Shown: piece by piece, positions 1 to 27,227 of the stretch
Layout of the letters: every line of letters begins with the position of its first letter
Numbering within the stretch: position 1 is the first letter of the stretch
Source: Sphaerodactylus townsendi
Taxonomy: Eukaryota
DNA length: 64,000 bases
Reading direction: 5' to 3'
Assembly (NCBI RefSeq): GCF_021028975.2
Contig: NC_059439.1
Location: 25,916,001-25,980,000 of the forward strand
Translations under genes and position numbers: made by a program
Notes under the pieces: model-generated
The model's database searches: none
Seen by the model: the letters and a program-made list of their open reading frames with translations, nothing else
Told to the model about the DNA's origin: nothing

Positions 1-127
1 GGGCAGCATCCGTTCTTTAAACCACAGTTTCCTCACAGGTGTTGACGAATCCCTGTCCAACACATTTTCCTTTCTGGAGAAGTCCACCTTCCTTCGCTGC
101 CTCTAAAACTGCTTACTACTCACCTTA

Positions 128-885
128 TTGTGGGCCTTATGCTGCGTTGTGCATTGAGATGGGCCAAACAACTCTAGAAACCTTGGTATGGATAAGGGCC
201 ACAAAATATTGACTGCATATACATTTTCTAGTGGGATCCAACAGCTATATTCCCTCTCTGTTATCAGATCACTTTATTTCAGAATGGTATACTTTGATCT
301 TTAGAAAGGTTGAAGCTATTTGTTTCCCCTTGGAATCACTCCTTATGCTCACAAAGGTGGAAGCCTTCAGACTAGTTAAGAATAGGCTCTTGGATCTTGA
401 TTTTCATCATTTGACTCGTGCTGCCAAGACAACCTGTTCTCCGACTACATTATTAATCCCATGCGAGCGAGGAATTATGGCAGCATATCTTCGTCTGCTG
501 ATTAATCCCACCCAGAGGAGAGCCTTGGCTACTGCAAGATGTAATGTGCTGCCATCAGCTCTGCTGGAGGGAAGATTTAAGAATATGGAACGTTCTAAAA
601 AAGTTTGTTCATGTGATATGTGTTGAAACACTTGACCATTCTCTGTTTCTATGCCCTAAATACAATAAGATACGCATGAAATACATGAATTCCATTTTCT
701 TGCAATGTTCTCAGTGGCATGAGTATTATAAGATACCCAATCTCCTGAACAGCTCTGATGTGCTCTTTTGTGAAACTGCTGCAAATTTTATACTGGAAAT
801 TAGTAATTTTAACTGTATTTCTTAACCTTGTTTTGTTTTAAAATTTTGTCCTGTTTTATATGCCAGTAAAGGCTTGTGTTGTTGT
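128..885 (+). mobile_element. 5'-truncated non-LTR retrotransposon (ORF2 C-terminal zinc-finger region) with 11-bp TSD
   Basis: Frameshifted frames 231-626 and 544-825 give RRALATARCNVLPSALLEGRF...CSC...ETLDHSLFLCPKY; short (gtt)n tail; tactcacctta at 117-127 and 886-896. Confidence 0.75.
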
Positions 886-892
886 TACTCAC

Positions 893-3800
893 CTTACTGG
901 GGCTGGGGATGTAAATTGTGGGCATGTCAAACCCACATTTGTTGAGGCCTGGGCGCTTGCAGAGTTCCTGGACAATCTGCATCAGCACCCTCTGTCAGGA
1001 GAGAAGCAGGGAGCAGTGTAAAAAAAAAATCCAACCGGAGGCTTTGGCCTAGTGTCTTCCTTCCCACAGAAACAGGGATTCTGCTTCTCCGTCCTAGCTG
1101 ACTCCCTTCCCCAGGGATGCTTTCCCGGGAGTTACCTGCCTGTCCCCCTCAGCACCCGCCTCATCAGCCTTGCTGAGGTAGAAACGCAGTTTGTCCCCAT
1201 GCCCCTCGTTGAGTTCCTCTACGATGTTGAGGGTGCGCTTGCAAAGGGCCTGTCCCATGGGGTCGAAGAAGACCAGGATGAGATCACAGAGCTGGCCTGA
1301 AGCAAGGTGGGGAAACGGGAAAAAGAGGGAGTGAATGCCGTGGAAGATGCAGCTCGCTAAAAGATGATGCCCCTGTCACATTTTGCCCACCAATTCCTGT
1401 TACTTTACTTGCTTTAGACAATTCTCAGAATTTTTCTCATATACAGCCTTTCCTTTATTGTTACCAACGAAAGACCCTAAAAATCCATGCTTTAGGTACA
1501 CATGTTCCCAGAGCAGAGATGTCAAGCATGTGGTCCAGGGGGCAGATCCAGACCCCTGATAGAGGTTATCAGGCCTGTGGAACAGCTGAGGTAACACTAC
1601 CTCTCATTCCCAATCTCCAGGCATTCACCCCGATGCAGGTTCGGCAATCCAGGCACCCACCGCACTCCCAGTCTGACATGGTGAGACCCCCACCCCCCCA
1701 AGTGCCAATCTGGGCTGGTGAGCCCACTGAGAGGGACCCACCCCCAGCCCAACCAAGTAACATTTATGTTATATCTGGCCTTTGTAACAAATCAGTTTGA
1801 CACCCATACCTCACAGATTCCAAGCTCCTTCCCATTTTAACCGCTATTTTCCCACTAACTTTTAACCTGTTCTGCTTTCCCTGTAAGAAGCCTATCTCCT
1901 TTTGAACTCTGAACCACTAGGCTGATGTCAGGTGGCAATACAGAGAAGAGTTTAGATTTATACCCTCCTTTCTCTCCTGTAAGGAGACTCAAAGGGGCTT
2001 ACAATCTTCTTCCCCCCCCCCCCCCACAACAAACACCCTGTGAGGTGTGTGGGGCTGAGAGAGCTCCGTAAAGCTGTGACTAGCCCAAGGTCATCCAGCT
2101 GGCGTGCATTGGGAGTGCACAGGCTAATCTAGTTCCCCAGATAAGCCTCCACAGCTCAAGTGGCAGAGCAGGGAATCAAACCCAGTTTTCCAGATTAGAG
2201 TGCACCTGCTCTTAACCACTACACCACTGCTGCTACCTTATCCTTATGCTATCACTACCCAGATGATCAGAACCCACTACAGGAGCCAACAAGATTCCAC
2301 ATCATTCCGCTCACCAAACCAGATAAGTGCTGCTTCAACATCAAAAGGGTACTTCATGTCACCATCGACCAAGCCTGGTGTGTCAAGGAAGGTAACCAGA
2401 GGGAAGTGTTTCTGTTTGGAGGTACAAATCTCAGTGCTCAGGTACTCCGGCACCCCTAATGGAAGAGGGGGGAAATGAGTATTCTCACAGCACTGACAGA
2501 TGATAAACAGCCTGCCTGCTAGAAATACACGCTGCCTTCCAGATTTCATTACTCACCCGGCTTAGTGTCTGCCAAGCTTCAGTGCCAACTAACAGCCTTA
2601 AGGTATCATTTCCATCCAATTCATGAATTCATGAGTGTTTGAATGGATTTGTCTGTACCTTATTCTTAAGTGTTTGAATGGGTGTTGTCTGTACCTTATT
2701 CTTACCCCAATTGTTTGTAACTGTTGAACTAACCTTTGAAACTTTGCAGGGCCTGGAAATGGGGATACAGATGGAGCGTTGCATTACCCTGTAGCAAAAG
2801 GTAAGGAAAAAGCAGGGGATTTGAAACATGGTTGCTGCTTCACAACAGCTTTTTTAAAAAAGTTATGCAAACCACAAGGTGGGTCTTTCAACAGCTGTTA
2901 GCCACTATAGCCAAAAATAGAGAAACTGGGTATAAACTGGGCTAGTCACAGCTTCTTGGAGCTCTCTCAGCCCCACCTACCTCACAGGGTGTTTGTTGTG
3001 AGGGGGGGAAGGGCAAGGAGATTGTAAGCCCCTTTGAGTCTCCTGCAGGAGAGAAAGGGGGGATATAAATCCAAACTCTTCTTCTTCTTCTATAAAGAAT
3101 AAGGAATGGCTATGCCCACCCTGGCTTGCTTCTGAGCAGTTCCTGGACACACGATTATAGGTGACAAAGTGCTGGATTTGACAGGCTTTTGTTTTAATGC
3201 AATAAAAAATTCCCTGATTTTTTTAGTCCAGAGAATTCAGAAGAAGAAAAAGTTTGGATTTATACCCTGCTTTTCTCTATCGCAAGGAGTCTCAAAGCAG
3301 CATACAACTCCTTCCCTTCCTCTCTCCGCAACAGACCTCTTGTGAGGCAGATGGGGCCGAGGGAGTGCTGAGAGAACTGTGGCCAGTCCAAAGTCACCCC
3401 ACTGGATTCATATATAGGAGCGGGGAACAAATTCAATTCACCAGATTACAGTCTGCCATTCTTAACCAGTACAACGCGGACGGCCAGATTATCTGTGAGG
3501 GGAGCAAATGAGGCAGGAAATTCTCACTGTGAGGGACTCTCGTTTCCTCCCGCTGGTGATGAAGGTGAAACCTTGGGTCTCGATAGCTACTCCGGTTCGT
3601 TGAATGTGCTCTTCCACATACCTTCAAGGAAATGATGAGGAAAGCAAGATGTAATATACAAATATGACCAGTTCTACAATCTAATGAAGTTATTATTGCT
3701 GGATCTCACCAGTCAAATAGCAACCTAGGAGAACGTCTTCTTGGTCATGGCACCAAAGCTCTGGAACTCTCTCTTTAAGGGAGATTCAACTGCACCCTTT

Positions 3801-4883
3801 TTCCACTGCCTTGGCAGCCCTTGTATGGGTAGAAAGCCAGGACATAAATTTTGGAAATAAATAATCTCAAAACACCCTGAGGCTTACAACCCGTCACCAA
3901 GTACGGAAAGATCGGTGTCAACGCCAACGTTTCTGGTTACTCGGGATGCCTTGAATAATGCACAATTAACGTAGGATGTACATAATGTTCCATTTCCTTT
4001 CATATAGAACACTCATTCCTTCCTACAAACTAAATAATATCAAACAGATAAATTCTATATCTTGTATTACAGCACACCACTGATAAAAGACCACCCTGCA
4101 GATACCAGAGCATCATATGACCTCCCTGAACTTTCTAACATCCAATAGATGTTGAGACTGCGATATCTTGCACCCAAACCAACTCCTTGGGATTTCCCCA
4201 CAATGCTTAGCACCCATATAGGGTCGCCGGCTCTGAGTTGGGAAAGACCTGGAGATTTAGGGGGGGGGGGGCTAAGGAGGGGTGGGTCTTCAGTGGGAGT
4301 ATAACAGTCCACCTTCCAAAGTGGCCATTTTCTCCAGGGGAACTGATCTTTGTTGTCTGGAGATGAGCTGTCATTCCAGGAGACCACCAGGGTCGCTTGG
4401 AGGTTGGCAACACAACAGCCATGCCAACTCAAGATTTTCCCACAATGCCTTGCACCCAAGCCAGCACTCCTTCGTAGCATCCCTTCGAGCGGCCTTTATG
4501 GTTCTCCACCCCATCTTCCGATGGGTCCCTGCTCACCAATTGATGAAGCTACTCTTGCCAGCACTGTGGTTCCCCATCACCATGACAGTGACTTTGCGGC
4601 GTGGAGGCAGCAGCGTCAGGCCAAGTCGTGACCCAATGGTCACCAGACCTAGAAGGAAAGAGTGATGGGTTTAAGACACAAAGTTAGAGACCTGTTGCTA
4701 CCTGTGACATCCCATACCTACTCCAAACATCCCCCCCCCGCATTCCCCAGCCCTCTCACCATGACCCGGATGTACATAAAGCGAGTGGGCCTCTCGCAAG
4801 ACCCGCTCGGTCACCGACTCGGCCCCTCCCCCTGCAGCCGGGTTCGCGGCCTCGCGGGACTTCCCGCTTCTCCCCCCGGGCAT
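893..4883 (-). CDS. Uncharacterised dynamin/EHD-like P-loop GTPase, 5' part (7 coding exons, 262 codons; gene continues off the left edge)
   Basis: Exons 4883-4760, 4648-4537, 3621-3528, 2788-2734, 2455-2315, 1296-1136, 991-893. All introns GT-AG, phases consistent, no stops. Protein MPGGRSGK...VTVMVMGNHSAGKSSFINW (G1)...VAIET (G2-like)...FLDTPGLVDG (G3)...FYLSKADE (G4)...CGFDMPTIYIPSPSK. Confidence 0.9.
1946..2233 (-). mobile_element. tRNA-derived squamate SINE (Squam3-like), representative copy
   Basis: tRNA-like head gcagtgg(c/t)gtag..ggttaagagc..gggtttgattccc and (TTC)n tail. About 20 copies, e.g. 7468-7760, 10820-11082, 11326-11612, 20224-20513, 31628-31950, 35948-36230, 38644-38975, 41915-42220, 42706-42998, 52974-53278, 57390-58053, 59222-59912. 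Confidence 0.85.
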
Positions 4884-5110
4884 GGCTGGTGACCGGCCAC
4901 CGGGCGACGGAAGCGGCAAGGAAACTCGGGAAGAGGAACACAAAGGGATGTACTACAACTCCCAGGGGGCACTTCGCGGAGAAGGGCCGGCGTTCCCATC
5001 GGCCGACAAGGAGGACGAGTAGAACGTCACGGGTCCAGAAGACTACAACTCCCATGAGGCCACGCGCATTCTTGTTTCGAATGAGGGCTTTTCAAGCCTT
5101 AGTTCGAAAT
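4780..5110 (-). promoter_or_regulatory. CpG-rich promoter of the GTPase gene with two ACTACAAnTCCCA (ZNF143/THAP11-type) motifs
   Basis: Local CpG enrichment around the ATG at 4883; actacaactcccag at 4952-4965 and actacaactcccat at 5042-5055. Confidence 0.65.
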
Positions 5111-6329
5111 CCAAAGCTTTGAAAAGGATTCCGGTTGTCCTTTGCAGGCATTCTCCTTGGGCAGTTTTCACACTTCCATTCTTGGAGTTCTTTTTGCCAT
5201 TTTCCTTACTATGGTTATTTACTTGTTTTAATTCTACTCGGTCTTTTGGAATCTCCAAGTAACTACATGGCCCTTCCCCTCCCCATTTAATTTTCACAAC
5301 AACCTTGTGAGGTATGTTAGGATGAGAGAGTTAGTGGCTGGCACAAGGTCCGCCTAGGCCCTTTCCGCATATGCAGAATAATGCACTTTCAATCCACTTT
5401 CAAAATTATTTGCAAGTGGATTTTGCTATTCCACACAGCTGCAAAGTGCATTGTATGTGGATTGAAAGTGCATTATTCTGCATGTGTGGAAAGGGCCCTA
5501 GTGAATGCCATGGTGGAATGGGGTTTAAAACTTTGATCTTCACAATTGTGATCCTGCATGCTAACCACTACAACCGCACTGGCAGATCCTATCATCAACG
5601 GCCTTTTAATTGGCATTGATTATTGACCCTGTAGGAAATGGTGTAAAGTGCTGTTCTGGGAGCTGATCAGTGGTGGGATTCAGCAGGTTCGCACCACTTT
5701 GGCAGAACCGGTTGTTAAAATGGTGCTTGTAAACAACCAGTTGTTAAATTATTTGAATCCCACCACTGGACCTGATGTCATTTCCTATTGCTTGGCCTGA
5801 TGGCTTTATTATTTTGCTTTCAATGGAAATGTGTTGCATGCTTTTGATAGATGCGTCAAGCTGCATTGGAGACCCGCAGTGGCATATAAATTTAATAAAT
5901 ACATTAATAGGAAAATCTCTTAATTGTGGGATATCAAATTGCAAATTAAGATAGTGAAGTAGCGAATGTATTACATACAGATTCTCTGGAAAATGTGTGG
6001 CAGATTTTCCCAGAAGTATAGAGGTTGGAAGCAGATCAGCCTCTACCAACAGCACGGATCAGAGAACAGCTAGGCTGAGTGAAAATCATTTGATTAAATG
6101 ACTTTGTCATAGCTTTGTAGCTTTTTTTTTTTCAAAATGCTGACAAAATCGAAAGCAGTGAAAGTTTTAGGTCCCTGCACATGCAGAATAATGCACTTTC
6201 AATCCACTTTCAATGCACTTAGCAGCTGAATTTCACTGTGCGGAATAGCAAAATCCACTTGCAAACAATTGTGAAAGTGGATTGAAAGTGCATTATTCTG
6301 CATGTGTGGAAGAGGAGTGCAAAGTGTGT

Positions 6330-6424
6330 TTATAGGCTGCAAGCTCCCAGTTGCTGGGCACAGACTTCATCTATGCATTCATTTTGAGCTACTGTGAAAT
6401 GCTCCTTCCAGCCTCCCATGATGC
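6330..6424 (-). other. Duplicated SULT terminal exon (candidate alternative last exon or pseudoexon of gene A)
   Basis: Acceptor cttcacctgcag, then in-phase [31 protein letters not shown], paralogous to exon 6779-6667. Confidence 0.8.
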
Positions 6425-6666
6425 CTGCAGGTGAAGAAAATAATACAGCAAGAACACAAAAGCAGGTAATATCCTGCTCTCCTCAGACTGGGATATGAGT
6501 AAATAATTTAAGAACTGTCCCTTGGAAAGAGAATAATAGCAGATCAAGTTTTTATTCCACTTCATTGAAATACATTTTAAAATGATCTGTAAACAGTTTG
6601 AAAGCTCCCGCTTGACATAATTATGCAAAACCAACCATCCGGGACGGTTTAGTGACTAAGGAGTGC

Positions 6667-10172
<3,506 letters not shown>

Positions 10173-10622
10173 TCACTCCTGTCTTGTAGGTTTGGTGTCG
10201 TTTCTCTCACGTCCCTCCCTCTGGCTTTGTTAAGTTTCTTCAGGGCCGAAGAAATGGGCTGGGTCTGTGTGCCAGTCAAAGATCGGGGATGCGTGTTTCA
10301 GAACAAACATTTTTTGCACGCTAGCGCCGGGCACTCTGCCAAGATCTGAAACTTACGCAATGGAACAAATTACCTAGTAAGGGAAGCTTGTAGGGGGCTC
10401 TGTATGTGTGTATGTATTGTAAAGATATATGAAAGCTTCAATCAGAGCAACCCCACTTATCATCTTGGGTGCTTTTTAATGCTTTCAAGGTTGTTCTGTG
10501 TAGAGAACCCAGATAGCTGGGTTGAGACGGTTGCCCTTTGCCCCACCTGACCTCTCAGTAATCTTCGTCAGGTCTTACACAATGAAAAAACCTCAAACGC
10601 TTGTTGGCCACTGGAAAACATA

Positions 10623-10819
10623 NNNNNNNNNNNNNNNNNNNNNNNNNNNNNNNNNNNNNNNNNNNNNNNNNNNNNNNNNNNNNNNNNNNNNNNNNNNNNN
10701 NNNNNNNNNNNNNNNNNNNNNNNNNNNNNNNNNNNNNNNNNNNNNNNNNNNNNNNNNNNNNNNNNNNNNNNNNNNNNNNNNNNNNNNNNNNNNNNNNNNN
10801 NNNNNNNNNNNNNNNNNNN
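10623..10819. other. Assembly gap (others at 29398-29595 and 59505-59638)
   Basis: Runs of N, each located where a retroelement microsatellite tail is expected. Confidence 0.95.
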
Positions 10820-12068
10820 CCCCTTTCTCTCCTGCAGGAGACTCAAAGGGGCTGACAATCTCCTTGCCCTTCCCCCCTCACAACAAACACCCTGTGAGGT
10901 AGGTGGGGCTGAGAGAGCTCTGACTAGCCCAAGGTCACCCAGCTGGCATGTGTGGGAGTGCACAGGCTAATCTGAATTCCCCAGATAAGCCTCCACAGCT
11001 CAGGCAGCAGAGCTGGGAATCAAACCCGGTTCCTCCAGATTAGATACACGAGCTCTTAACCTCCTACGCCACTGCTGCTCCCACTGAAGCCACTGAAGCC
11101 TGCTGACTGTACGAACGGACTGTGGCAAATGTCATCTCTGCCTCAGACATTTTGTATAGTCGTGGACTAGAAACTTAAGACCAATTCTGTCATTTCGGCT
11201 GCCATGCAGAACCTGCTAGAAGCATTCCAGGTTGTGGTGCCTGTGTGGGGTAACCGGTACATGAAGCTGTAACCACGTAGAGCAGGGGCGTCGAATTCAT
11301 TTGTTATGAGGGCTGGATATGGCGTAGAGCAGCAGGGGCGTAGGAGGTTAAGTGCTCATGTATCTAATCTGGAGGAACCGGGTTTGATTCCCAGCTCTGC
11401 TGTCTGAGCTGTGGAGGCTTATCTGGGGAATTCAGATTAGCCTGTACACTCCCACACACGCCAGCTGGGTGACCTTGGGCTAGTCACAGCTTCTCGGAGC
11501 TCTCTCAGCCCCACCCACCTCACAGGGTGTTTGTTGTGAGGGGGGAAGGGCAAGGAGATTGTAAGCCCCTTTGAGTCTCCTGCAGGAGAGAAAGGGGGGA
11601 TATGAATCCAAACAAAAAACAAAACAAAACATAAATGTGATTTAGTCAGGCCAGACCTGGGGGGAGTGGGGATGGCTCACTCAGCTGGCAAAACCCTAGC
11701 AGGCTCTCCAGGTCTGATTGACATCAAGGGGGCGGGGGCCTCAGCTCGCTCCTGGGCCTGATAAGCCCTCTCAAGGGGCCAGATCCACCCCCTGGGCTGC
11801 ATGCTTTACACCTCTCACAGAGCCTTCTGATGGTATCAGCTTTTCCACAACAGTGCTGTACATTCTCTGTGGTTACTGATAGACGGTTTGATACAATTGA
11901 TGGTTTGGTGAGTGAGTCACTCGTCTGTGGAACTGCTGCCCTGTAGGAGTGTTTTCTGTGCAGTGCGGTATTTTGTATTGTGAAGGAAAGAAAAGCGGTT
12001 TTTCACGAGTTCCCCAAGCTCGACTCCTTCAGCTTCACCTATGGACCCTTTTATGGTTTTCTATATCT

Positions 12069-12914
12069 CAGTAACGGCAAACCTTTTCGAGACCGAGTGC
12101 CCAAATTGCAACCCGAAACCCACTTATTTATCGCAAAGTGCCAACGTGGCAATTTAACCCAAATACTGAGGTTTTAGTTTAGAAAAAAAAGGTTGGCTCC
12201 AAGGCACGCATTACTCAGGAGTAAGCTTGGTGGTAGTCGGTGGCTTTGCTTTGAAGCAACCGTGCAATGCTTCGAATGGGTGAATCACGGCCCTAGGAGC
12301 AGTGGTGGGATCCAAAAATTTTAGTAACAGGTTCCCATGGTGGTGGGATTCAAACTGTGGTGTAGCGTCAATGGGGCTGGGCGGGGCACGATGGGGGCGT
12401 GGCCAGGCTATCCGGGGGTGGGGCATTCCTGGGCGTGGCTGTGGCAAGGACGCAGCCGCTGCACCGGTCCTTGGGCGGGAAACGAATGCACGCAGGCGCA
12501 GGCTGCCATGCCATGCACGCTGGTACACCTCCTGCTAGACTGCTTCAAGTTCTGCGCGCTACTGCTGAGAGGAGGGGCGTAACTAAGGCAAAAATCACGT
12601 GGCAAAATCACCAATTAGTAACCCTCTCTCGGCACACACAAATAATGAGTAACCTACTCTTGGGAACCTGTGAGAACCTGCTGGATCCCACCTCTGCCTA
12701 GGAGGGTTTAGAAGCAAGCCCCATTGCCAGCAACTGAGCTTACTCCCAGGTAAAGGATTGTGCTTTACTTCTTCCCATGAAAATCAGTGGGGTTTAACAG
12801 CACTTAACAGGGTTACCTATTGCCCCCCCACGTGACGAACTCTGTGCACGCGTGCCCACAGAGAGGGCTCTGAGTGCCACCTCTGGCACCCGTGCCATAG
12901 GTTCGCCACCACTG
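12069..12914. mobile_element. hAT element (family 2) with a nested family-1 hAT at 12300-12696
   Basis: Outer 8-bp TSD ctatatct; inner 8-bp TSD cctaggag. Uninterrupted relative at 40327-40828. Confidence 0.85.
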
Positions 12915-13223
12915 CTATATCTTCAAAACTAAGTAGTCTAGGGACTTGTTCCAACTTCTTTCACATATTTTTGAAAGAGCCAGTATGTTGTAGTTAGTAG
13001 TATTGACCAGGGTCGGGCAAGACCGGGGTTCAAATTTCTGCTCAGTTATGAAGCTCATTGGATAAGTATGGACTGATCTGAATCGAAGTTGACTGTGTTG
13101 ATTGTGTGTTCCTGCATGGCAAGGGTTTGGACTTGATGGCCCTCAGTATCTCTTCCAACTCTACGATTCTATGAAGTGGATGATGGTTTTTTTTCAAACA
13201 TTCAAGTCAAATGTGCTGTGTCC

Positions 13224-13620
13224 TGTAGGGGTGTGTTAGGGAACCCAGTAGAGCCTCAGAAACTACACAGGAATGCCTGTGCCATCTGTCCCCTTCTGAG
13301 TTCACACGTATGCACATCACGAGATCTCCCAGACACGCAGGTCACAAGATACCTGAATGTGGATTCGACCCAGACAGGAACGTTTCCCCCTGCACGTACG
13401 CAGCCCTTCACTGAGTCATGAATTGCGCAACTTTCTCCCGCTCTCCCGCCTACCCCAAACCCTTAATAAAGGTGCCAGGGACCCCAGCTCGGCAGATTAG
13501 CCTGATCGGCCAAACTGGCCAGACTATCCGGATCAGCTAGGTCAGCCGCTGGCTTCTCTCCACCAGTCTCCTGATATCGCTGCATCTCGTCTCATTCATT
13601 GCATCGCCGTAACGACTTCA
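13224..13620 (+). mobile_element. Solo LTR
   Basis: TGTAG...CTTCA termini, internal AATAAA, TSD gtgtcc on both sides (13218-13223, 13621-13626). Confidence 0.8.
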
Positions 13621-14220
13621 GTGTCCCATTGCATTTCTGCTCATGCAAGATCTTGTACAACCAATGTATGGGTTTTGTAAAGAGAAGAAAGTGACAGGTG
13701 TTATACAAGATCTTGGACAAGCAGAATTGTGCTAAGCCCATTTATGTTTCTACTTGAGCATCCCTGGATCTGAGTCACCGTTTTCCCATTTTCATCTCTG
13801 GAAAACCGTTGTTTTTTTAAAAAAAATTGTTTCTAAACCAACTCAACATGTCAGACAAAGAAGTCACGCTGTATGATATTTTTATGCCCCTGTGTAGATG
13901 CCTCCCCGGTAGCAGAGTTTCTGGAGGATAAAATGGCCACATATATCGCACTGAGCTCTTTGGACAGAAATGTATATAGTTTGAAAAACACAGACTAAGA
14001 TGTCGGTAACAAAATGCGACAAGTGAGCAAGCCCAATTGTTTCATCCAAATTAATTTGCAAAGGAAAATACAAAAACGATCAATTTGAAAAGTCCACATG
14101 CAAACATTGACATGTGCGGCCCTTGCTTGTGGCCTCATAAGTCATTTGATTCAATGCTGGTAAAATCTATAGTCCTGGCACATTTGGGTGAAAGTTTCCA
14201 TGGTGGCCACATAGTTGTGC

Positions 14221-20725
<6,505 letters not shown>

Positions 20726-21890
20726 CTCCTGGAAGGGTAGGAAAATGGAGCTATTATTGTGTAGGACACTTTTAATTTAAAATTCTCCAAAACTGTGAGT
20801 TTCTTGCATCCCTGCTCCTGATGTCGCCCGTTCACAGAGGCAGAGCGTGACTACTTACCAGCCGCGCGCTCCTTTCCGATGGTCAGAATTCCTGTTTCAC
20901 CTCTTTCGCTTCTTAAGGTCCCTCTCTGACCCAGGAACCGCAGAACGTGTGTGTTTCAAAGAAGCAACAGGGGAGTGTGTTTTTTTCAGGGCAAAGTTTC
21001 TCTTACACAAAACTCGGGCATGACGCCAGGACTGTCTCACGCGAATGTCATCGGGTGGATTTTATAACCGGGTAAAACCTCTGTGGGAAATTTTTGTTCG
21101 AACAATATTGCTGCCAGAAAACTTTGGTGTTTACACTACATGCTTCAATCTGTAAGTTTAAAAGCAGGTCCCGTTGTAGAGAATCAAGGTGTCCTGGGCA
21201 AAACTTTGACCCAGCTTATATACTAAGATAACAAGGGCTGGGCACGACCTTTGGTTCAACTAAGAATAACCTCATTCGAGGACCAATGCAGCTAGCGACT
21301 TTGAAAGAGATTGTGTGCATTGTATGCCTTCAATGATGAGTAGAATATTGTATTATGGAACAAACTCTGTCCTTGTAACCAGAGGGACAGATAATAATTA
21401 TTTTGTTTTAATATAATTTTTGATAGACATATATAGTGTTAGTAGAATTTAGGTTTATTCTGGTTTTCTGTAAAAGGCGTTCCTTCCTGCTGTCAAATGT
21501 ATTACTCCCTGAAACCATTGTCTACGTCGCAAGCTTGCTGAAACAAAAAAAGATTAGATTATGCTAAAGGTGGACCCAGAGAAACAGGATGCAGACAGCT
21601 AATGAATCAGGCAAACCCCTTTTGCATTTTTACATAGCCCCAAGTAATTGTCACACACACCCAGGAAGAGACCACAGCCGATGGCAATACTAGCAAGCGA
21701 GCCCCTGGGTTTTATTAAAACTATTTTGCAAATGACGACACAGAAGCAATCGATTCAAAAAGGCCGCGCACAAACTTTGATGTGACTGGCTTTTGCTTGT
21801 GGTTTTGTAAATTATTTTCTTTAATGGTAACTCAATCTATAATCCAGCCAGGTGTGGGTGAAAGTTTCCACAATGAGCAGAAAGTTGTGC

Positions 21891-26579
<4,689 letters not shown>

Positions 26580-26722
26580 TATCTGTCAGGGCAACAAAAG
26601 TAATAATATAAGAACCTGATGTCCCATCCCATTCACAAACAGTTGTCGCACCCTCTACTATGTCCTATTGATATTGTCATAAATGGGGTGTGTTCAGCAT
26701 GGTGCAAGGTTAAGGACAGAGG

Positions 26723-27227
26723 CAGTGGTGGGATCCAAAAATGTAGTAACAGGTTCCCTCGCCAGCCCCCCCTCAGCAAAGGGGGCAGAGGCGTACCTAG
26801 GCAAACCTGAGCCCTGGGCAAAACCTGAGTTGGATGCCCCCCCATGGGCAGCCACCCCACCATGACCCCCCCAAATTTTTTTGCACTAGGTCATTTCTAA
26901 ATCATCATCACATTATAGAAAATGCCCCAACTCACGAATCTGAACACAGCAATGGTGAAACACACAGGTTCTTTGATAGAGACTGGTGAGATAAAAGGTG
27001 CGAAAGGCTGAGATTCAATGAATTGCAGTACCTGAAAGGGATTAACCCAGTTCAGGGAGTTACATTATTAGTCGCAATTGCTATATGGAACCTTCACGTT
27101 CAAAGGCAGTAGGCCTCTCGGGGAGGCATGGAAAAGCGGACCCAATTAGTAACCCCCTCTTGGCACACACAAATAATTAGTAACCCACTCTCGGGAACTG
27201 GTGAGAACCTGCTGGATCCCCCCTCTG
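26723..27227. mobile_element. Non-autonomous hAT element (family 1 ends, different interior) just upstream of gene C coding exon 1
   Basis: Family-1 termini; TSD gacagagg/ggcagagg (7/8 match). Confidence 0.75.

Noticed and set aside
12211-12701. Recurrent 70-130 aa ORFs (MVGSKNF..., MVILPRDF...) at ~8, 12, 46-47 and 50 kb
   Set aside because: Chance open frames in a GC-rich non-autonomous hAT element; no transposase similarity.
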